From Ferrovaceae bacterium (GTDB lineage Bacteria > Pseudomonadota > Gammaproteobacteria > Burkholderiales > Ferrovaceae), in contig DAIBBI010000026.1 in the NCBI GenBank assembly GCA_027442615.1, positions 1-24,000 on the forward strand: 24,000 nucleotides of DNA, read 5' to 3'. The notes below the pieces were generated by a model that was not told the DNA's origin, made no database searches, and saw only the letters and a program-made list of their open reading frames with translations. Position numbers and translations under genes: made by a program. Shown piece by piece: positions 1 through 8,231 of this stretch (positions are counted from its first letter, which is position 1; each line of letters begins with the position of its first letter).

Positions 1-1107
1 GGGCTTTGGATCCTGCTCTTGAGTGCGCTCGTCATGCTCTACTCCACAGCAGGAACCGTTTTCTGTGGCTGGGTCTGTCCCCAGAACATCCTGGCGGAAT
101 GGGCCAATTTCATGACCCACAAACTGCTGGGAAAACGCGCCGAGGTCAGCCTGGAAGGTGACGCACCGATTGTCGCATCAGCCAAGAACAAGGTCGTGAA
201 CTGGACCATGCTGGGTCTGGCGTTTCTTGGGGCCTCCCTGTTGTTTGGTCTCATCCCCCTGTTCTATTTTTATCCGCCCGCTACCGTCTGGTCTTTCATC
301 ACCTGGCGTGCCGACCCCAAACTGGCAGGCTCTCTGCATTGGATCTATGCGGTCTTCGTGTTGATCATTTTCATTGATGTGGCGGTGATCCGACATTTCT
401 GGTGCCGCTTTGCCTGCGTCTACCGCGTCTGGCAGCACAGTTTCCGCACGCGCGAGACGCTGCATGTCACTTACGATGCCAGTCGTTCCAGCGATTGCGA
501 GAAGTGCAATTATTGCGTGACTTCCTGCTTTATCGATATCGATCCGCGCAAGACGGCCATTTACGACAGTTGCATCAACTGTGGCGAATGTATCGATGCG
601 TGCAACCGGCTACATGCCAAAAAACAGGTTTCCGGGCTGCTGCGCTTTGAAGTGGGCGAGCGCAAGGAACAAAAGGAAACGCGGATTCATTTTCGCAACA
701 ACATGGTATCGCTCCATTCGCGGGGCAGCTGGATGACCGTGATTGCAGCGCTGGGGGCCAGCATGTTCCTGTGGGGCATGTGGACCTGGGAGCCCTATCA
801 CCTGGCGGCGTACCGTGCCGAGGTGCAAGCCTCCCGCGATAACCTGGATTATCGGGTGGCGCTCACCAACAAGCGCTACCGGCCCGGAACGGTCCATTTG
901 TCCGTCGAGGGACTGGCCCCGGGCGACTATCATCTTTCTGAATCCACGGTGGAGGTGGCCGCTGCCGGGCGCACTTCCGCAACGCTCTCGCTTTCCGACC
1001 AGATGCCTCATGGGGTGCACGCCTTTACGGTCGTGGCCACCTCACCCGATGGCTGGCAAAGCCGTTTTCCAATCCAGCATTTTTCTGAGCAGCACCAGGG
1101 GAGATAG
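1..1107 (+). CDS. CcoG/FixG-like 4Fe-4S ferredoxin-type membrane protein, 5' end outside the window
   Basis: The reading frame is open from base 1, and the TTG at 19 is only the ORF-track start. Motifs: FCGWVCPQN, CRFACVYRVWQ, and the di-cluster motif CEKCNYCVTSC...CINCGECIDAC. The C-terminal region (YRVALTNKRYRPGTVHLSVEGL...) resembles the Ig-like FixG_C domain. Confidence 0.75.
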   Translation, partial: GLWILLLSALVMLYSTAGTVFCGWVCPQNILAEWANFMTHKLLGKRAEVSLEGDAPIVASAKNKVVNWTMLGLAFLGASLLFGLIPLFYFYPPATVWSFITWRADPKLAGSLHWIYAVFVLIIFIDVAVIRHFWCRFACVYRVWQHSFRTRETLHVTYDASRSSDCEKCNYCVTSCFIDIDPRKTAIYDSCINCGECIDACNRLHAKKQVSGLLRFEVGERKEQKETRIHFRNNMVSLHSRGSWMTVIAALGASMFLWGMWTWEPYHLAAYRAEVQASRDNLDYRVALTNKRYRPGTVHLSVEGLAPGDYHLSESTVEVAAAGRTSATLSLSDQMPHGVHAFTVVATSPDGWQSRFPIQHFSEQHQGR

Positions 1108-1110
1108 ATC

Positions 1111-1542
1111 ATGTCAGAACAGCAAGAGCCCGCCAAGGCGCTGGGTACGGTGCATTCCGAATGGGGAGCACAGGACGCGGACCATTTTGGTTACGGTTCG
1201 GACGAGGAGCGCAAGGCCAAGCGCGGTCTGGAAGACTGGGAACTGGTGGAGAAGATTCCGGAATCGCAAAAGCCGGTACCCTACTGGTTTTTTGCCGTGA
1301 TCGTGGTCGTCCTGCTGGTGGGCGTGGGGCTTGCCTTTCCCTTCTGGGGGGTGCGCCCGGGTCAGGAGCGCAGCTGGCTGGACTGGGGGTTTGCGGTGGC
1401 CCTGGTTTATATTGCCGGTGCGGGATCCTTCGTGTACTTCATGGTGCGCATGTATGGTTCGGCGGCAGCGGGTCGACTGGATTCCGATCCCGAGGCACAT
1501 CAGTCCCGCTCCCCGGTGGGGCCCCCGCCGGAGCGTTCCTGA
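1111..1542 (+). CDS. Small two-TM membrane protein resembling the N-terminal domain of cbb3 oxidase subunit CcoP/FixP (FixP_N-like)
   Basis: ATG at 1111 lies 3 nt after the upstream stop and is preceded by GGGGAGA. The segment EDWELVEKIPESQKPVPYWFFAVIVVVLL resembles the FixP_N pattern (DGI.E.dN.lP.WW + TM). No heme CxxCH motif is present. Function is uncertain. Confidence 0.55.
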   Translation: MSEQQEPAKALGTVHSEWGAQDADHFGYGSDEERKAKRGLEDWELVEKIPESQKPVPYWFFAVIVVVLLVGVGLAFPFWGVRPGQERSWLDWGFAVALVYIAGAGSFVYFMVRMYGSAAAGRLDSDPEAHQSRSPVGPPPERS

Positions 1543-1544
1543 GC

Positions 1545-1940
1545 ATGAACGGGGTGCGGCGCAGGCTTGCCCTCGTCCTGCTTGGGATGCTGGCCCTGTT
1601 GGGGGGATGTAGTGGTGATCGCGCGCCCGATAGCGTGCCACAGCAGTGGCAGGGGCTGGAGGTCCGCGTGGAAAGCCGGCCAAGTCCGCCAGCACCCGGC
1701 ATGAACGAATTTCTGGTGATCATGACCGATCGCCGCGGACAGCCTGGATGGGATTACCTGGTGGAAGTACGCTCGGCCGACGGGGATCCATGGAAACAGG
1801 CCATCCAGGACGGGCGGGAAGGCGTGTTTCGCAGGGCAGCCATGGTGGCGCCAGGCGAGCGTTCCGTGCTGCAAGTGCGGCTTCGGCGCAACGACCAGGA
1901 AACGGTATTGCGTTTTCCTCTTAACCTTGGCGGTCGTTGA
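1545..1940 (+). CDS. Lipoprotein, possibly FixH/YtkA-like Ig-fold
   Basis: An internal ATG at 1545 in the 1161..1940 frame lies 2 nt after the upstream TGA. Signal peptide with lipobox: MNGVRRRLALVLLGMLALLGGC. The mature part is beta-rich, like FixH/YtkA family proteins; that similarity is inferred. Confidence 0.55.
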   Translation: MNGVRRRLALVLLGMLALLGGCSGDRAPDSVPQQWQGLEVRVESRPSPPAPGMNEFLVIMTDRRGQPGWDYLVEVRSADGDPWKQAIQDGREGVFRRAAMVAPGERSVLQVRLRRNDQETVLRFPLNLGGR

Positions 1941-2445
1941 GGGGTTTTGAAGCGGTGGTCAGCGTCAGGACGACGTTGGAGAAATACACCATGAAGCCCA
2001 CCGCCATGCAGGTGCCTGCCACGGCCACGATGGGCCCGTACCAGTGGTGCGCTGCGGTCATGGCCACCCGGTCATGCAGCATCAGGTACCCTTCCCACGA
2101 GCCAAACACCATCTGGGTCGTGTAAAAGCCATAGACCCCGACGGCCATCCACCAAAACGAGTGCTGTACCAGGCGCTGCGAATAGACGGCCTTGCCGCTG
2201 AGGATGGGCAGCAGGTAATAAGTCACCCCCATGGCCAGCATGACCACGCCTCCCACCAGATTCATGTGGGCATGTGCCAACGGGTCGATCATGTGACCGG
2301 GTCCACCGTATGGGCTGCCAATGGAATCCAGCCAGGCACGAATGGGGGGAAAGACCTGCAGCATGCCGTGCATGGCCCCAATGAACAGGGACAGTGCGGA
2401 AACCAGCAGAAATTTGACCAGGGAGCGGTTGTCAGAGGTGGGCAT
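1921..2445 (-). CDS. Stand-alone 174-aa heme-copper oxidase subunit I-like protein (resembles helices 1-4 of CcoN)
   Basis: Four predicted TM helices. The segment DPLAHAHMNLVGGVVMLAMGVTYYLLP resembles the CcoN helix-2 region (RPLHTNAVIFAFGG...Y.V) that carries a heme-ligand His. Further His residues occur at AMHG and AAHHW. It overlaps the convergent lipoprotein gene by 20 bp. Confidence 0.6.
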   Translation of the reverse strand: MPTSDNRSLVKFLLVSALSLFIGAMHGMLQVFPPIRAWLDSIGSPYGGPGHMIDPLAHAHMNLVGGVVMLAMGVTYYLLPILSGKAVYSQRLVQHSFWWMAVGVYGFYTTQMVFGSWEGYLMLHDRVAMTAAHHWYGPIVAVAGTCMAVGFMVYFSNVVLTLTTASKPLNDRQG

Positions 2446-2593
2446 GGGGGGTCAGATCAAATGAGGGGCAGCGTTTTCATGAAACACAGGACTCCAGACC
2501 ACCCAACTGCGTGGACCGTTCCACCTTGGCAGGATTTTTCCGGGATGCGCCACCGGGTCGTTTGCACAAACGGCCCGGCGGTTTCGGGATAGC

Positions 2594-2725
2594 TTATTGC
2601 TTGCTGTTTTTCTCGACGAGGCTCAGCCCCATGCTGCCCAGATTCCAGGAAACCAGAATGCCACCAACGAACAGGATGATCGGGATAATCATGTAGCCCT
2701 GATCCATAATGTCTTTAACTTCCAT
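2594..2725 (-). CDS. Unlisted 43-aa single-TM peptide (MEVKDIMDQGYMIIPIILFVGGILVSWNLGSMGLSLVEKNSKQ)
   Basis: Translated by hand from the minus strand. ATG (cat at 2723-2725) is preceded by GAGGGGGG with 5-nt spacing, and the TAA stop is at 2594-2596. It has a hydrophobic core of about 20 aa. It lies upstream of, and on the same strand as, the mini-CcoN gene. It is too short for the ORF track. Confidence 0.45.
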   Translation of the reverse strand: MEVKDIMDQGYMIIPIILFVGGILVSWNLGSMGLSLVEKNSKQ

Positions 2726-2815
2726 TACAACCCCCCTCGATTTGTAGTGTTTTTCAAAGTCACGCCCACCATCCCCCCCTCAAGTGGGCAAGCCATGGTA
2801 CCAAAAGCGCAGAGA

Positions 2816-2844
2816 TTGAGCAAACCCCGCTGCTGGGCTACACT
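2816..2844 (+). promoter_or_regulatory. Candidate sigma70 promoter for the FGE-fold/SCO1 pair
   Basis: TTGAGC (2816-2821), a 17-nt spacer, then TACACT (2839-2844), about 44 nt upstream of the ATG at 2888. This is a pattern match only. Confidence 0.3.
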
Positions 2845-2887
2845 GGGGCACCCACGAAAATCACATTACAAAAGGGGAGGAGGGAAC

Positions 2888-3646
2888 ATGCTAAGAGTGT
2901 TGGCATTGCTGGCGGGGTTGGGGATTGGAATGGTTTCTGGCGGGGTACACGCGGCCAGTGTGCTGCACGATTGCCCCGAATGCCCCGATATGGTCGCGCT
3001 GCCAGCGGGCAGTTTCATGATGGGCGAGGGAGAAAAGGACAGCCATAAGGTGACCTTTGCAAAAGCTTTTGCCATGGCGGCCACACCGGTGACGCAGGGC
3101 CAGTGGCAGGCGATCATGGGCAAGAACCCCAGCGAGTTCGTCAATTGTGGCAGCAAATGCCCGGTGGAAAACGTCAGCTGGGACGATGTGCAGATTTTCA
3201 TCCTGCGCCTGAATGCCAGGACGGGAAAGCATTACCGGTTACCCACCGAAGCCGAATGGGAATACGCTTGCAAGGCGGCTGCGCTGGCCACCTATTGCGG
3301 GGGCAACGACCTTGACGAAGTGGCCTGGTATGAGGGGAACAGCGGCAACAGCACGCATCCCGTGGCCACCAGGAAGGCCAACGCCTGGGGTCTGTACGAC
3401 ATGAGCGGCAACGTCTGGGAATGGGTGGAGGACTGCTATCACGACAATCTGCACGGGGCTCCGGCCAATGGTGCGGCATGGCTGGAAAATCCTTACCCCC
3501 AGTTCACGCAAACCTGCCTGTCGCGCGTGGTGCGCGGCGGATCCTGGCAGAATTCAGCAACCGACCTCATCGTTGTGCGCCGTAGTGCGGACGACCCTTC
3601 CGTGCGCGTCCACAGCATCGGCTTTCGACTTGCACGCAGTTTGTGA
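2888..3646 (+). CDS. Periplasmic formylglycine-generating-enzyme (SUMF1/FGE-sulfatase) fold protein, lacking the catalytic Cys pair
   Basis: ATG at 2888 is preceded by GGAGGAGGG. Signal peptide: MLRVLALLAGLGIGMVSGGVHAAS. Family motifs: MVALPAGSFMMG, PVENVSWDDV, YRLPTEAEWEYA, NAWGLYDMSGNVWEWVED, RGGSW, GFRLA. Confidence 0.8.
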   Translation: MLRVLALLAGLGIGMVSGGVHAASVLHDCPECPDMVALPAGSFMMGEGEKDSHKVTFAKAFAMAATPVTQGQWQAIMGKNPSEFVNCGSKCPVENVSWDDVQIFILRLNARTGKHYRLPTEAEWEYACKAAALATYCGGNDLDEVAWYEGNSGNSTHPVATRKANAWGLYDMSGNVWEWVEDCYHDNLHGAPANGAAWLENPYPQFTQTCLSRVVRGGSWQNSATDLIVVRRSADDPSVRVHSIGFRLARSL

Positions 3647-4269
3647 AGCGTAACCCCCTCCTGGCACTGACCGCAGGGGCGGTGCTGCTGTTGTTGGCGG
3701 GGGCGTTCTGGATGTCTCACGGCCTCCGGGGGCCAACTCCGGCCCTCGGCCCCACGGTCAACCTGCTCGATGACGGGCGTCCCCTGCCCGAGTTTCATCT
3801 GCCTTCCACCCGGGGAGAGTTTTCCAATGCCACGTTGCAGGGGCATTGGACCTTCGTGCTGTTTGGTTATACGCACTGCCCCGACGTCTGCCCCACAAGC
3901 CTTGCACTCCTTGCGGAAGTGACGCGCCAGCTGCAGGGAAAAATGGTGCCCCCCCAGGTGGTGTTTGTCTCGGTGGATGCGCCGCGTGACAGCATCGCAC
4001 TCCTGAAAAGGTACGTTCCCGCCTTCGATCCGTCCTTCATCGGGGCAACGGGCAGCGATGCGGCGCTCGGGCCGCTGACCCGCGATCTCGGAGTTTATTT
4101 CGTACGCAACGTGGACGAAACGCCGGAGGGGAGCAGCGGCAGTTATAGCGTGGACCACACCAGCTCGTTCTTTTTGATCGCCCCCGACGGCAGCTTGCGC
4201 GCCGTATTTCAATTACCCCTGGAAGCGCCCCGGATGGCGCACGACACCGCAGCCATCATGGCGCGCTGA
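3643..4269 (+). CDS. SCO1/SenC family copper chaperone / thiol-disulfide oxidoreductase
   Basis: The GTG start overlaps the upstream TGA (GTGA). It has an N-terminal TM anchor, the CPDVCP (CxxxCP) motif, and the conserved His in VDHTSSFFLIAPDG. Confidence 0.85.
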   Translation: MKRNPLLALTAGAVLLLLAGAFWMSHGLRGPTPALGPTVNLLDDGRPLPEFHLPSTRGEFSNATLQGHWTFVLFGYTHCPDVCPTSLALLAEVTRQLQGKMVPPQVVFVSVDAPRDSIALLKRYVPAFDPSFIGATGSDAALGPLTRDLGVYFVRNVDETPEGSSGSYSVDHTSSFFLIAPDGSLRAVFQLPLEAPRMAHDTAAIMAR

Positions 4270-4275
4270 AGGGCC

Positions 4276-5055
4276 TTACTCCACCCGTGTCCAGCGGCTG
4301 TCCTCTAGGTCGATGACTTCGCTGAAGATGTCCCTGTACGAGGCATAGACTGCGGCAATGATGGTGGGAATGCCCATCATGAACAGCAGTATGCCCAGCA
4401 TCGGCACGGCAAACGCCGTGGTGACGAGCGCCATCAGCAGCGCCCCCATGCCCACGGTATAAGCCAGGAAGGGTAGCGTGTTGATGAGGCAGGCCTTGCC
4501 GCTGAGGGATAGGGCCCGTGCCGTGGTCATGTCGCTGAACACCAGAAGCGCCGGGGCAAACCAGCCCAGCATGAGCAGGACCACCTGGATCAGTGCCAGC
4601 GTGATGAACATGGGCGTGAGATCGGAGACCAGCACCTGCAGCTGCTCCAGGTTGCCCGTGCCATCCATGGACAGGGTCTGCAGCTCAATCATGCGCTGGC
4701 CGCCCCAGATCAGCAAAATCGTGGTCAGGATGAGTTCGCCCAGCACGTTGATGCCGCCCAGCGTGATGAGGCGCGCCGGCTTGTTGCGAAAACCGGCAAA
4801 GAGGTGGCCGGCTGTCATGGACTGGCCGTTTTCGATGGCCCTGCAACCCACCATCAGCCCGGCAAACAGGATGGGCAGCATGAGCGAGAACAGGATGGGG
4901 CCGATGGCGATGATCATGCTGCATAGCAGGGTGAAGGCAAACCACAGCGTGATGACCTTCATCCAGCCAAACGGGCTTTGAAAGACCAGCTGGAAGCCTT
5001 CGGAAATCCAGTAAAACCCACGAATGAAGGGAACGCGGCGGGGTGAGGTCATCAT
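4276..5055 (-). CDS. Polytopic inner-membrane protein of unknown function (resembles BPSS1780-family membrane proteins)
   Basis: The 259-aa ORF has several long hydrophobic segments. The N-terminus VPFIRGFYWISEGFQLVFQSPF resembles that family. Its start overlaps the thrB stop by 4 nt, which implies co-transcription. Confidence 0.65.
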   Translation of the reverse strand: MMTSPRRVPFIRGFYWISEGFQLVFQSPFGWMKVITLWFAFTLLCSMIIAIGPILFSLMLPILFAGLMVGCRAIENGQSMTAGHLFAGFRNKPARLITLGGINVLGELILTTILLIWGGQRMIELQTLSMDGTGNLEQLQVLVSDLTPMFITLALIQVVLLMLGWFAPALLVFSDMTTARALSLSGKACLINTLPFLAYTVGMGALLMALVTTAFAVPMLGILLFMMGIPTIIAAVYASYRDIFSEVIDLEDSRWTRVE

Positions 5056-5993
5056 AGGGGCCAGGGGCTTGGGTTTTCGATGTGATGATGCAGGATACGC
5101 TCAAACCAGGTGGGATCGTGAGGATGGATGATCTCGCCCGGACGGGGCAGGTGCAGATCAAACAAGCGGGACAGCCAGAAGCGCAGCGCGCCGGCACGCA
5201 GCATCACCGGCCAGGCGGCCTGTTCCACGGCGGATACCGTGCGCCGCGCCCGGTAGGCGCCCACGAGGGCTTCAACGCGCAGGGGGTCCAGCATGGCCTC
5301 TTGCGTCATGCACCAGTCGTTGACCACGATGGCAAGATCGTACAGCCAGGCATCCGTGCCTGCAAAATAGAAGTCGATGACGCCGCCCACGCGCTCGTCG
5401 TCAAACAGCACGTTGTCCCGGAACAAATCGGCGTGGATGGCGCCGCGCGGCAACGCATCGAAACGATGCGCCGTTTGAAAGGCCAGCTCGCGGGTGAGCA
5501 GGTCATTTTGGGCGGCATCCAGAAAGGGCCTGACCTTGGCCGCCGTGGCAAGCCACCATGAGGGGCCGCGGGGATTGGGGGCGTTGGCCGGATAGTCTGC
5601 CGCAGCCTGGTGCAGGCGCGCCACCTGGTCTCCAAAAATGCGGCAATGGTTTGCGTTGGGGGCCATTTGCGATTGGCCCGACAGGCGGGTGACGAGGCTT
5701 GCCGGCTTTCCACACAACATGCCAAAAAATTGCCCCTGCCGGTTTGGAATCGGGCGCGGGCAGGGTACGCCACGTTGCGCCAGATGATCCATCAGATTCA
5801 GGTAGTAGGGCAGTTCTGCGGGTTGCAGCTTTTCAAACAGGGTCAGGACAAAACGGCCCTGGTCGGTCGTCACAAAATAATTGGTATTTTCGATGCCGGC
5901 AGCGATGGCCGTTTGCTCGTGCAGGGCGCCGACAGAATACTGGGCGAGCCATCGGGACAGGTCTTCGCGGGATACGGGGGTAAATACAGCCAT
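5052..5993 (-). CDS. thrB: Homoserine kinase, APH-fold (Pseudomonas-type ThrB)
   Basis: N-terminus MAVFTPVSREDLSRWLAQYSVG...GIENTNYFV and kinase motif IHADLFRDNVLF. Length is 313 aa. Confidence 0.88.
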   Translation of the reverse strand: MAVFTPVSREDLSRWLAQYSVGALHEQTAIAAGIENTNYFVTTDQGRFVLTLFEKLQPAELPYYLNLMDHLAQRGVPCPRPIPNRQGQFFGMLCGKPASLVTRLSGQSQMAPNANHCRIFGDQVARLHQAAADYPANAPNPRGPSWWLATAAKVRPFLDAAQNDLLTRELAFQTAHRFDALPRGAIHADLFRDNVLFDDERVGGVIDFYFAGTDAWLYDLAIVVNDWCMTQEAMLDPLRVEALVGAYRARRTVSAVEQAAWPVMLRAGALRFWLSRLFDLHLPRPGEIIHPHDPTWFERILHHHIENPSPWPL

Positions 5994-6004
5994 GGATCGG
6001 GGAC

Positions 6005-6349
6005 TTAAAACTCCATGATGACCCAGTGGGGCACCTGCAAGCCGGTATCAAGACCGTCGTAGCGGCGCCAGATGTTGGCGCCCTGATCGTCGATCAGGTA
6101 GTAGGGCGGGCCGACTTTCGGAATCACCTTGATCTTGTAGAGGCGTCCGTTGATGCGGTACTCCTCGAAAGTGGTGCTGTCATGCTCGACGATGGTCACT
6201 TCCGGCTCGGCCGTGGGCGCGTCGGCACCCACCTGGGGTGGCGGCGGCGCATCGTCAGGCAGGGGTTCAAGATTGTCGGGACGGGCGGCCAGGACCAGAA
6301 GCGGCAAGGCGGCCAGCATCAAAACCAGGGGGCGCATGTAGAATCTCAT
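6005..6349 (-). CDS. DUF2782-family secreted protein
   Basis: It has a signal peptide, a Pro-rich linker, and the motif EYRINGRLYKIKVIPKVGPPYYLID. Its position next to thrB is typical. The start could instead be the second ATG at 6337. Confidence 0.75.
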   Translation of the reverse strand: MRFYMRPLVLMLAALPLLVLAARPDNLEPLPDDAPPPPQVGADAPTAEPEVTIVEHDSTTFEEYRINGRLYKIKVIPKVGPPYYLIDDQGANIWRRYDGLDTGLQVPHWVIMEF

Positions 6350-6393
6350 GTCCTGATTCTAACAGTCTGGCCCCTATTCGGTACACTAGAACC

Positions 6394-6969
6394 ATGCAAC
6401 CAACCCATGATGATCCTCGTGCCTTGCGTGCCTTCCTGCGCCGTGGCGGATTGATTGCCTATGCCACCCAGGCCGTGTTCGGGCTGGGCTGCGATCCCCG
6501 GAGCCCGCGCGGCCTGCGGCGCCTCCTGGCATTGAAGCGCCGACCGGCACATAAGGGACTGATCGTGATTGCCGACCGCCAGGAGCGCCTGGCGCGATTC
6601 CACCAGCCCCTGACGCCCTCGCAACAGCTGCGCGCCCAGAGTCGCTGGCCCGGCGCCCATACCTGGCTGATGCCGGCCGCGGCGCGCTTTCCGGTGGCGC
6701 TGCGGGGGCGGCACCGGCGGGCCGGGCAGGTGCCGCGCATTGCCTTGCGGGTGGATGCGCATCCCGACGCCGTGGCGCTGTGCCGCCGCCTTAAAATGGC
6801 CCTGGTCTCCACCAGTGCCAACCGGGCGGGACAACGGCCGCTGAAGAGCGCGCGTGCCTGCCAGCGCCAGTTTGGAGGTCGGGTGAGGGTGTTGCCAGGC
6901 AGGGTGAAGGCGCATTGCCGGCCTTCCACCGTTGCAGATCTGCTGAGTGATCAGGTGCTCAGGTCTTGA
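6394..6969 (+). CDS. tsaC: L-threonylcarbamoyladenylate synthase (YrdC/TsaC domain)
   Basis: An internal ATG at 6394 lies in the 6238..6969 frame. Motifs: YATQAVFGLGCD, KRRPAHKGLIVI, STSANRAG. The 3' end overlaps convergent purD by 11 bp. Confidence 0.8.
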   Translation: MQPTHDDPRALRAFLRRGGLIAYATQAVFGLGCDPRSPRGLRRLLALKRRPAHKGLIVIADRQERLARFHQPLTPSQQLRAQSRWPGAHTWLMPAAARFPVALRGRHRRAGQVPRIALRVDAHPDAVALCRRLKMALVSTSANRAGQRPLKSARACQRQFGGRVRVLPGRVKAHCRPSTVADLLSDQVLRS

Positions 6970-8224
6970 GTCCGCGCCAGGCAATGTCGGTGCGCAACTG
7001 CATGCCCTCGAAACGGATGTCCCTGGCCCGGGCGTAAGCTTTTTGCCGGGCCATGCGTAAGGTGTCGCCCAGGGCCGTCACGCACAGGACGCGTCCTCCT
7101 GCCGTGACCAGAGTATCGCCATGGCGCGCGGTGCCTGCATGAAAGACGTGGCACTCGGCGTCATCCGTGCCGAGGCCGGTAATGGCATCACCGCGGCGGG
7201 GTGCCGCGGGATAACCTTCGGCCGCCAGAACCACCCCGATGGCGGGGCGTCGGTCCCACTCGGCTTCCACCTGATCCAGGGTTCCTGCCACGCCGTGTTC
7301 CAGCAGGGAGAGGAGGTCGCTTTTCAGCCGCATCATGATGGGCTGGGTCTCGGGGTCTCCCATGCGGCAGTTGAACTCCAGTGTCTTGACCGTACCCGCG
7401 GCGTCGATCATCAGTCCCGCGTAGAGAAATCCGGTATAGGGCATGCCCTCCTGCTTCATGCCCTGGACCGTGGGCAGAATGATTTCGCGCATCACGCGAC
7501 CATGGATGGCCGGGGTGACGAGGGGGGCTGGCGAATAGGCCCCCATGCCGCCCGTATTGGGTCCGGCATCCCCATCCAGAAGCCGCTTGTGATCCTGGCT
7601 GGTGGCAAGTGCCAGGACATGCTCTCCATCCACCAGTACGATGAAGCTGGCTTCCTCGCCTTGCAGGCATTCCTCGATGACCACGCGGTGCCCGGCCCCG
7701 CCCAGGGCGCCGCCCATGATGTCGTCCACGGCGCGATGGGCTTCCTCCAGGGTCTGCGCCACCACGACCCCCTTGCCGGCCGCCAGGCCATCGGCCTTGA
7801 TGACGATGGGTGCACCCACCCGATCCAGATGGGCATGGGCCGAAGGGGTGTCGTCAAAGGTCTGGTAGGCCGCGGTGGGAATGCCGTGACGCACCATGAA
7901 GCGCTTGGCAAAATCCTTCGACCCTTCGAGTTGGGCGGCAGCCCGGGTTGGGCCGAAAACAGGCAGTCCTGCGGCGCGAAAGGCATCCACGACGCCTTCG
8001 GAGAGCGGGGCCTCGGGACCCACCACGGTCAAACCGATGGCCTCGCGCTGGGCGAAATCAAGCCAGGCGTCCACCCCCTGCACGGGCGCGTTGTAGACCC
8101 CTTCCTCCTGCGCAGTTCCTGCATTGCCAGGAGCGACATAGACGCGGGACACCCTGGGGGATTGGGCAAGACGCCAAGCCAGGGCGTGTTCGCGTCCACC
8201 AGAACCGATGACCAGAACTTTCAT
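6959..8224 (-). CDS. purD: Phosphoribosylamine--glycine ligase
   Basis: The start is taken at [17 protein letters not shown] (cat at 8222-8224). Similarity is PurD-like along the full length (421 aa). Confidence 0.95.
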   Translation of the reverse strand: MKVLVIGSGGREHALAWRLAQSPRVSRVYVAPGNAGTAQEEGVYNAPVQGVDAWLDFAQREAIGLTVVGPEAPLSEGVVDAFRAAGLPVFGPTRAAAQLEGSKDFAKRFMVRHGIPTAAYQTFDDTPSAHAHLDRVGAPIVIKADGLAAGKGVVVAQTLEEAHRAVDDIMGGALGGAGHRVVIEECLQGEEASFIVLVDGEHVLALATSQDHKRLLDGDAGPNTGGMGAYSPAPLVTPAIHGRVMREIILPTVQGMKQEGMPYTGFLYAGLMIDAAGTVKTLEFNCRMGDPETQPIMMRLKSDLLSLLEHGVAGTLDQVEAEWDRRPAIGVVLAAEGYPAAPRRGDAITGLGTDDAECHVFHAGTARHGDTLVTAGGRVLCVTALGDTLRMARQKAYARARDIRFEGMQLRTDIAWRGLKT

Positions 8225-8231
8225 GGAAGAC

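Noticed and set aside
1921-1940. Convergent gene overlaps at 1921-1940 (lipoprotein/mini subunit I) and 6959-6969 (tsaC/purD)
   Set aside because: Short 3'-3' overlaps are common in compact high-GC genomes. They are noted within other findings but are not evidence of a special mechanism on their own.
2553-2578. The stem-loop CCGGGTCGTTTG-CA-CAAACGGCCCGG downstream of the 43-aa ORF
   Set aside because: It has one mismatch or wobble, a loop that is too small as drawn, and no U-tract in either direction. That is not enough to call it a terminator or attenuator.
2597-2887. The N-terminal extension of the FGE-fold ORF (ORF track start 2597)
   Set aside because: The extension has no signal peptide or domain. 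It overlaps the minus-strand small ORF and the promoter region. The ATG at 2888 has a strong GGAGGAGGG ribosome-binding site and is followed directly by a signal peptide. For the same reasons I trimmed purD (to 8224), polA (to 13848), livH (to 15255), ilvD (to 21337), cytochrome c (to 20340) and tsaC (to 6394).
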